Shown: one piece after another, positions 1-6,028 of the stretch
Numbering within the stretch: the first letter of the stretch is position 1
How the letters are laid out: each line of letters begins with the position of its first letter
NCBI GenBank assembly: GCA_038043645.1
Contig: JBBTBN010000025.1
Coordinates: forward strand, 1-29,052
Reading direction: 5' to 3'
Source of the DNA: Nanobdellota archaeon
GTDB taxonomy: Archaea > Nanobdellota > Nanobdellia > Pacearchaeales > GW2011-AR1
DNA length: 29,052 nt
Position numbers and translations under genes: made by a program
Notes under the pieces: model-generated
What the model was told of the DNA's origin: nothing
Databases searched by the model: none
Seen by the model: the letters and a program-made list of their open reading frames with translations, nothing else

Positions 1-52
1 AAGTGAGGATTTGACGCATCAGCGTCAAACCTTTAGGGTGTGGAGGATGTCA
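1..52 (+). mobile_element. Probable right end of an IS200/IS605-family (TnpB-type) element, rest outside the window
   Basis: GC-rich segment in AT-rich DNA; perfect hairpin TTTGACGC-ATCA-GCGTCAAA (10-29) followed by CCTTTAGGGTGTGGAGGATGTCA, resembling the hairpin+GAGGATGTCA ends of IS605/IS1341-type elements; supplies the premature stop of the radical SAM ORF. No transposase visible. Confidence 0.6.
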
Positions 53-758
53 TTTCATTTCTAATCTCTTTTTCAAAGAAGCATAAAGGAGTGGGCGTTA
101 CTAAATTTATTTTTTTATTATTTTCTTGGGCATATAAATATATTTTTTTAAAATATTTTGAAGCTTCATAAGGATTTAATAAATCTTTATTCTCGTTATT
201 TAAACATGGTCCACAAAGATTAAAGCTTATTGTATTAAGAGGTAAAGAAATTAATGAATTTAATATCTTTTCTAAATCATTACAATTTTCTTTTGAAATA
301 ACTGTATTTGAAGAGACTTTTATCCCTATTTCATTTGCAATTTTAATTCCATTTATGCTCTCTAAATAGCTTCCAGGAATATTAGTTATTTTATCGTGAC
401 TCTTTGAATCGTATCCTTCTATAGATACAGTTAAATAAGATACTTCTTTTTCTAATAAAGATCTTGAAAACTCTTTATTAGATAGAATTCTTCCATTTGT
501 AACTAATCCTGTTTTAATTCCTCTTTTTTTATGTTCAAATAATACTTCATCTAAATAAGGATAAATTGTTGGTTCTCCGCCAATTAAAATTGTTCTTTTA
601 ATATTCAAATTATCTAATAAATCTAAAATAGGTATAATTTTATTTTTTTCAAGAATTTTCTTCTCTTTAAGAGTATTTGAAGAAGAATAGCACCAGCTAC
701 ATTTATTATTACAATTATATGTAAGTGCAAGCCAGACTACATTAAATGTATTTATCAT
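33..758 (-). pseudogene. Radical SAM protein (peptide-maturase-like), apparently C-terminally truncated
   Basis: CxxxCxxC motif (CNNKCSWC), GGEPT motif, TNG and SIEG motifs of the partial TIM barrel; only 241 aa, no SPASM/Twitch cysteines, last residues TSSTP* are read from the putative IS end. Confidence 0.8.
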
Positions 759-773
759 AAGTTTTCAAGAATA

Positions 774-968
774 TTAATCAGAATCTGATCCTTCATTACA
801 GTCAGTACAGTAGCAATCACTAGGACAATCTGTACAATTACAATTGTCATTGCAATCACTATTGTTCTCTTGATAACTTGTAGATTTTGGAGTATATCTT
901 TCTTGAGAGGATAAATTTCCTCCATTTAGATTGATACATCCTGCAATATCTAACAATGTTTTAACCAT
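774..968 (-). CDS. Cys-rich small peptide, candidate RiPP precursor
   Basis: 64 aa; C-terminal core DCNDNCNCTDCPSDCYCTDCNE with 7 Cys and two CxCTDC units; ends 15 nt upstream of the radical SAM start on the same strand. Confidence 0.75.
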   Translation of the reverse strand: MVKTLLDIAGCINLNGGNLSSQERYTPKSTSYQENNSDCNDNCNCTDCPSDCYCTDCNEGSDSD

Positions 969-1181
969 ATTCTCTTTAAGTATTCGCTCTTTTTAAATCC
1001 CTCGAAATTTGACTATAAATTTTTACTACAAGGCAGGGTTACAATTTGTTTTCTTTTTTGGATATAAACCTTTGAATAAAAATCTTCAAATAAAAATCTT
1101 TAAATACCTGCTTTTTCTCTTTTATTAAAATATAGATTAAGGCAACTTTTTCTATATAGTATTATAAAGAGGATATCAACA

Positions 1182-1385
1182 ATGGGAAATTTTGACAGAA
1201 GCGGTTTCAGAGGCGGTGGCAGAGATAGCAGAGGACCTAGAAGAAGTTTTGACGGGCCAAGAGAAATGCATAAAGCAACTTGTTCTGAATGCAAGAAAGA
1301 ATGCGAAGTTCCATTCAAACCAACAGAAGGAAAGCCGGTTTTTTGCAGAGATTGTTATAACAAAAAAAGTCCGAGAAGATTTTAG
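1182..1385 (+). CDS. CxxC-x17-CxxC zinc-ribbon protein with Gly/Arg-rich N-terminus
   Basis: CSEC-x17-CRDC with EVPFKP..GKPVFC motif and RGG-like N-terminus, typical of this small family common in CPR/DPANN genomes. Confidence 0.85.
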   Translation: MGNFDRSGFRGGGRDSRGPRRSFDGPREMHKATCSECKKECEVPFKPTEGKPVFCRDCYNKKSPRRF

Positions 1386-1404
1386 TTAACAATTAAGACA
1401 AAAC

Positions 1405-1446
1405 ATTTTTTATTTTATTTTTTTAATATTTTAATTTATATTTTTC
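1405..1446 (+). terminator. Oligo-T tracts, likely archaeal terminator of the zinc-ribbon gene
   Basis: Several runs of 5-8 T beginning ~20 nt after the stop at 1385. Confidence 0.4.
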
Positions 1447-1621
1447 TGCTTTCGCAGAATTTATTTGCTTCGCATCAGATTTTATCAAGGCGATTCGCTA
1501 AGAAAAATTTTGCTGCAATAACAATTTTGAGGTGAGTGGTTAATCTATTCACTCAATTTTTTATCCTCTGCAAACAGGGGAGTGTATTTTTTATTAAACT
1601 AATTTTTCCTCACTTTTCTCT

Positions 1622-1692
1622 TCTTTAAAACAAATATTTTTATATTCGCACCAGTTGCATAACATTGACTTATTTCTTGGAAATTCTTTTGT
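1622..1692. repeat. 71-bp direct repeat, copy 1 (orphan 3' end of the PD-(D/E)XK nuclease gene)
   Basis: Identical to 2914-2984; on the minus strand reads TKEFPRNKSMLCNWCEYKNICFKE followed by a different tail EKSEEKLV*. Confidence 0.95.
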
Positions 1693-1715
1693 TATTCTTT
1701 AACTAAATAGTAAGA

Positions 1716-1743
1716 TTTATATACTTATAGTTAATCATTAACT
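1716..1743 (+). promoter_or_regulatory. TATA box plus palindromic operator of the HEPN-MNT operon
   Basis: TTTATATA at 1716, 29 nt before ATG 1745; perfect inverted repeat AGTTAAT-C-ATTAACT at 1729-1743. Confidence 0.6.
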
Positions 1744-1744
1744 T

Positions 1745-2110
1745 ATGGATAATTTGATTTTGAAGGCTAAAGATTATTTTATTATTGCGAGAATGTCTGA
1801 AATTCTTGCAAAATATGATGTTGCATGTTCTAATTATTTTAAGTCGTTATCTGCTATTAATGATTATATTTTATCTAAAAAAAGTCTCTTTCCAAAAGAC
1901 CATAATGAACGATTTTTAATGTTAAAAGAGAATGAATCTCTTTTGTATAAAATAACTTCTTCATTATTTTTAACTTATAGAAGAGCTTATACTAAAGAGA
2001 TAACTAAAGAAGAAATTAAACTTCTAAAAGAAAAAATAAAGGAGGCATTTAAACATGCAGGCATTGAATACCCGACAGATTCAGAAATTGAGAAATATTT
2101 TAAAAAATAA
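1745..2110 (+). CDS. HEPN-like helical protein (partner of MNT)
   Basis: 121 aa, NYFKSL...DHNERF...YRRAY pattern typical of archaeal HEPN-type proteins; overlaps a nucleotidyltransferase ORF. Confidence 0.6.
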   Translation: MDNLILKAKDYFIIARMSEILAKYDVACSNYFKSLSAINDYILSKKSLFPKDHNERFLMLKENESLLYKITSSLFLTYRRAYTKEITKEEIKLLKEKIKEAFKHAGIEYPTDSEIEKYFKK

Positions 2111-2621
2111 AATAAAAAAGAATGTTATAGATATTTTTATTATTGGTTCTGCGCTTAAAAATAAACTTTATCCAAATGATTTAGATATCTTGGTTTTGTT
2201 TAGAGAAAAAAATTTGAAAGAAGTTGAAGAAATACTTTTTGAGATTAAAGAAAACATCAATAAGAGAGATGTCCATATTGAACCCCTTTTTGCAGATAAT
2301 CTTTTTGAAGAAAAAATAACTCTTACTATTTTTCACGAGGGTTTTAGCATTAAAAAAAATAAATTTATTTCAGAATTAATCAAATTAAATTCCTTTTCTA
2401 TTTTTTCTTTTAATTTGGAGAATCTTTCTAAAATAGATAAAGTTAGATTTGCGCAGGCGCTTTACGGCAGAAAAAAAGATGGTTTACTTTACATGGAAAA
2501 GGGAATTGTTTTAGGACAAGGAAGTTTTATGGTTAATGTTCAAAAAGAGGAGATATTTAAGGATTTTATGAAAAAGTGGAAGATTAAATACTTCAAGAAA
2601 AAAGCGTTTGTTAATGATTAA
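2055..2621 (+). CDS. Minimal nucleotidyltransferase (MNT, Pol-beta superfamily) with C-terminal extension
   Basis: IFIIGSAL...NDLDILV (GS + DxD) motif; true start may lie slightly downstream. Confidence 0.8.
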   Translation: MQALNTRQIQKLRNILKNKIKKNVIDIFIIGSALKNKLYPNDLDILVLFREKNLKEVEEILFEIKENINKRDVHIEPLFADNLFEEKITLTIFHEGFSIKKNKFISELIKLNSFSIFSFNLENLSKIDKVRFAQALYGRKKDGLLYMEKGIVLGQGSFMVNVQKEEIFKDFMKKWKIKYFKKKAFVND

Positions 2622-2661
2622 CAACATAGATATAAAATTTAAAAAATGGTTAACTATTAAA

Positions 2662-2859
2662 ATGATAATTAATATAAAATCAATTAAGAACGAATTCAAA
2701 AAAAGGAAAATTAGAATTGGAAAAAGTGTTCTTAATTTAATTATAAAGAATATTGAAAATAAGATAATTTTTGAAGTTGAAGAGATAATCAGAAATGCGA
2801 GGCTTGTTGGAAGAAAAACAATTAAGAAAAAAGATATTGAAAAACCCGAAAGTTATTAA
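2662..2859 (+). CDS. Archaeal histone-fold protein (divergent), 65 aa
   Basis: From Met at 2662: ...KIRIGKSVL...RNARLVGRKTIKKKDIE matches the HMf-type RV...A(R)xxGRKT(I/V)KxxD signature; the ORF-track start at 2608 is probably too long. Confidence 0.75.
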   Translation: MIINIKSIKNEFKKRKIRIGKSVLNLIIKNIENKIIFEVEEIIRNARLVGRKTIKKKDIEKPESY

Positions 2860-2879
2860 AATCTCTTCAAAAATATTAT

Positions 2880-3668
2880 TTAGAGAACTCTTTTTTCCTT
2901 CTCCTCTCCCTCCTCTTTAAAACAAATATTTTTATATTCGCACCAGTTGCATAACATTGACTTATTTCTTGGAAATTCTTTTGTGGATTCTACTTTTTTA
3001 ATTAATTCAATGGTTTCTTTTTTTAAATTTTCAAGTTGTGAATTTGTTCTTTTTGATTTCATTATTTTATTATGCGCCAAAAAATGCCATACTAAAAGAA
3101 TTTCTCTTTCATTGCCGTAAATTTCTTTTATAGCAATAGAATATAACGCTAACTGCCTTTCTTGGTCTAAGTGTTCTTGTTTTGGCAGAAGATTTCCTGT
3201 TTTATAGTCGTGAATTTCATATTCTCCTGTTTCTAAATTATAAACAAGTCTGTCAATAAATCCCTGAATTTTGTATTCTCCTTCTTCCAGTTCTATTAGT
3301 ATTCCTTTTTCGCATGCAATTGTTCCGTCTTTAAATGGAGAGTGTTTAGAATAATAATCTACTAAAAATTGTATTCCTTTATTAAAATAATCTCTTGCAG
3401 TAAATTGTTTTTTTACTATCAGAATATTTTCAGAAAATTCTTTTTGCCATTCTTCTGTATATTGGATAATTATATCGTCTATTTTTGGGTCTTTGTTCAT
3501 TTCTTTTACGCTCTTATAAATCCATTCTAAAGTTTTATGCACTGCGCTTCCTAAATGCGTTTCAATTGTTTTTTCTATTTCAGGTTTTAGTTTATCAAGA
3601 TATTTGTATTTGAATTTTTTAGGACATTGTTCAAATGTGGACAAACGCGAATGAGAATAGATTGTCAT
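2880..3668 (-). CDS. PD-(D/E)XK nuclease, RecB/Cas4-like with Fe-S cluster
   Basis: S(H)SRL..FEQCP N-terminal Cys, GFIDRL, HDYKTG, QLALY motifs and C-terminal CxxCxxxxxC. Confidence 0.88.
   Translation of the reverse strand: MTIYSHSRLSTFEQCPKKFKYKYLDKLKPEIEKTIETHLGSAVHKTLEWIYKSVKEMNKDPKIDDIIIQYTEEWQKEFSENILIVKKQFTARDYFNKGIQFLVDYYSKHSPFKDGTIACEKGILIELEEGEYKIQGFIDRLVYNLETGEYEIHDYKTGNLLPKQEHLDQERQLALYSIAIKEIYGNEREILLVWHFLAHNKIMKSKRTNSQLENLKKETIELIKKVESTKEFPRNKSMLCNWCEYKNICFKEEGEEKEKRVL
2914..2984. repeat. 71-bp direct repeat, copy 2 (within the nuclease gene)
   Basis: Identical to 1622-1692. Confidence 0.95.
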
Positions 3669-3746
3669 ATAGAGAGAGAAAGAAGAATGGTTATAAAGGT
3701 TGTTGAGATGATTTTCTGACGAGGATTGTTTTAATTATATATTTTT

Positions 3747-4952
3747 TTATACAATTTCCCCAAAACCAATTAATCTCCAATGACTTTTTAAATTTCTTGC
3801 AATTCCGACATTGTTTCCTTTTAGCGCAACTATTGGAATGTTTAAAGATAATTCTATTTCACTTGTCCCATTTAATGGATCGTTTTTGATTTTTTCAACA
3901 ATGCCGACGGTGATTGTCGTGTTGACACTTAGCATAAGCATTTCTTTTGTTTTTATTGGTTCAACAGGTTTTTTGTCTTCTGCTCCTAAAACCTCTTTGA
4001 ATAATTTTGTTTTTATTTTTACACTATGGGTTATTTCTGGGAGTTTTCCTTTAAGAGAAACAAGGCATCCTGTTAGTGAATCAGATTTTGTTAAGATTGG
4101 ATCAAGAGCTGTTTCAATGGAAATGCTTGCTCCTGGAGTTACTTGATTAATTGATTGGTTTCCTTTATATAAATAAACAATCTTTGTTGTCAGAGTTTGA
4201 TATATTTTGTCGTGGGCTTTTTTAATAATCAGCCCAGGCTTGATTTCAATTTCATCTCCAATTTTTAATTTTCCTTGTTTTAATATTCCTCCAAGAACTC
4301 CTCCTTTTAATTTTTCAATTATTGTTCCAGGTTTGTTTATATCAAAACTTCTTGCAACTAAAAATATTGGTTCGGATTTTTCATCTCTTTCAGGAATTTT
4401 TATTTTGTAAAGTTCTTCAAAAATTTTATCAATGTTAATTCCCTGTTGCGCTGAAATTGGAATAATCGTTGCGTTTTCAGCAATAGTTCCTTTGATAAAT
4501 TGTTTGATTTCTTTATAACTTTCCAGCGCTTTTTCTTTTGAGACCAAATCTATTTTATTTTGAATAACAATTATATTTTTTATTTTTTTTGCTTCTAACG
4601 CAAGCAGATGTTCGCTGGTTTGGGGTTTTATTCCTTCATTTGCGGCAATAACAAGAATTGCAGCGTCAATAATTGCAGCACCTGAAAGCATTGTAGCCAT
4701 TAGCATTTCATGTCCGGGATTGTCAATAAAACTTACATATCTTACGGGCTTTCCTTTTGTATTATTATATTTCCCATTTTCTTCGTAGATTGTAGTGTCA
4801 GCATAACCGAGCTTGATTGTGATTCCTCTTTTTAATTCTTCAGAATGCGTGTCTGTAAATTTTCCAGTTAGTTTGCTTAGCAGAGTTGTTTTTCCGTGGT
4901 CTATATGTCCAACAACTCCGACATTTATTTCCGGGAGATTTTTATCATCCAT
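3747..4952 (-). CDS. eif2g: Translation initiation factor 2 subunit gamma (aIF2-gamma)
   Basis: GHIDHGKTT, HSEELKRGITIKLGY, DxPGHE, NKID, C-terminal RLIGFG. Confidence 0.96.
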   Translation of the reverse strand: MDDKNLPEINVGVVGHIDHGKTTLLSKLTGKFTDTHSEELKRGITIKLGYADTTIYEENGKYNNTKGKPVRYVSFIDNPGHEMLMATMLSGAAIIDAAILVIAANEGIKPQTSEHLLALEAKKIKNIIVIQNKIDLVSKEKALESYKEIKQFIKGTIAENATIIPISAQQGINIDKIFEELYKIKIPERDEKSEPIFLVARSFDINKPGTIIEKLKGGVLGGILKQGKLKIGDEIEIKPGLIIKKAHDKIYQTLTTKIVYLYKGNQSINQVTPGASISIETALDPILTKSDSLTGCLVSLKGKLPEITHSVKIKTKLFKEVLGAEDKKPVEPIKTKEMLMLSVNTTITVGIVEKIKNDPLNGTSEIELSLNIPIVALKGNNVGIARNLKSHWRLIGFGEIV

Positions 4953-5019
4953 ATATGAAAATAGATAAAGGCTTTTTTAAATTAATCGCAAGGAATTGGT
5001 TTTTAAAAGATTGGATTAA

Positions 5020-5463
5020 TTAATTTAAAATTTTAATTTTTTGAGGAGAATATTTTGGTTCTTGAATTTTTTTGAAATAATTTAATAAATTATTCTCTAC
5101 TTTATTATAGAATGGTTTGCTTAAATTTTTAGAATCTAATTTTTCTTTATAAATGCCCGATGATCTCTCATTTAGTTCTTCATTCATTTGTATCCTCATA
5201 ACATTTAGTGGCCTTTTTTGATAGACTATCTCCTGAATTCTATTAATGTTTTCAATATTTTTTGCTCTTTTAAAATTTTCCCAGACTTCCGCATATTTGT
5301 CTTGAGGATTTTTATCTCCATACATTAATTCAGAAAGAGAATAGTTTTTAATTTGAGTTTCAAAATTAACTCTTTTTCCTTTAACCAAGATATCTTTTTT
5401 TGAAATTTTTATTTGTTTTTCAAATTCAGCTTTGTTAAAATTTTGATTTTTTGGTTTTGTCAT
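5020..5463 (-). CDS. Hypothetical protein
   Basis: 147-aa ORF co-oriented between rps6e and eif2g; no motif recognised. Confidence 0.65.
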   Translation of the reverse strand: MTKPKNQNFNKAEFEKQIKISKKDILVKGKRVNFETQIKNYSLSELMYGDKNPQDKYAEVWENFKRAKNIENINRIQEIVYQKRPLNVMRIQMNEELNERSSGIYKEKLDSKNLSKPFYNKVENNLLNYFKKIQEPKYSPQKIKILN

Positions 5464-5487
5464 TTTATCTTGTTTATGCCCTTTAGA

Positions 5488-5946
5488 TCATTCTTTTTTA
5501 ACTTCTTCTTTAGGTTTATTTTGTTCTGGGAAAATTTCTTCCAAAGATGTTTTTCCTTCTTTAATAATTTTCAAATTAATCTGGACAATGTCTGGACTTA
5601 TTACTTTTCCTCTGACCGTTTTTCTTAATCTTAAACCTTTTGGAGTATAACTTGAACGCTTTTTTTTGCCTTCGCGTCTTGAACGTTTTTTCATTCCTTT
5701 TTCGTAACTTAATAAAATTCCTTTTAAACCAGTTCCGGGAACAGATTCTAATGCAGTAAATCCTGCTTTGTCGCTTGCGCCAGCTATTTCAAATTCATAA
5801 TCTTCAAGAGCTTTTAATTCAGAGTTTAAATCAAGTTCTTTGCCAGATATTTTTTGATGAAGTTCTTTTCCTTCTAAACTTTTAGTTTCTGTTTCTAACT
5901 TATATGTTTTTCCGTTTTTAGTTCCGATATTTATTTTGAAAGGCAT
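5488..5946 (-). CDS. rps6e: 30S ribosomal protein S6e
   Basis: FKINIG...GKTYK, EIAGASDKAGF, RKTVRG..I...IVQINLKI motifs. Confidence 0.95.
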   Translation of the reverse strand: MPFKINIGTKNGKTYKLETETKSLEGKELHQKISGKELDLNSELKALEDYEFEIAGASDKAGFTALESVPGTGLKGILLSYEKGMKKRSRREGKKKRSSYTPKGLRLRKTVRGKVISPDIVQINLKIIKEGKTSLEEIFPEQNKPKEEVKKE

Positions 5947-6028
5947 AAGAATTAATGATTTGAGAGCTTTTTAAAGATTGCTCATCAATATAATAATTAT
6001 TATAAACCTTTTTTTTAATTAAATCCAT

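Noticed and set aside
1100-1389. ORFs 1100-1318 (-) and 1192-1389 (+)
   Set aside because: Shadow or alternate frames of the well-supported zinc-ribbon gene.
1529-1628. GAGGTGA Shine-Dalgarno-like site followed by a GTG-initiated ~30-codon ORF
   Set aside because: The SD directly abuts the GTG, the peptide is low-complexity, and the region is better explained by hairpins and the repeat.
2880-3668. Cas4-like nuclease as evidence for a CRISPR-Cas locus
   Set aside because: No cas1/cas2 or effector genes and no repeat-spacer array in the window; solo PD-(D/E)XK nucleases are common in archaea.
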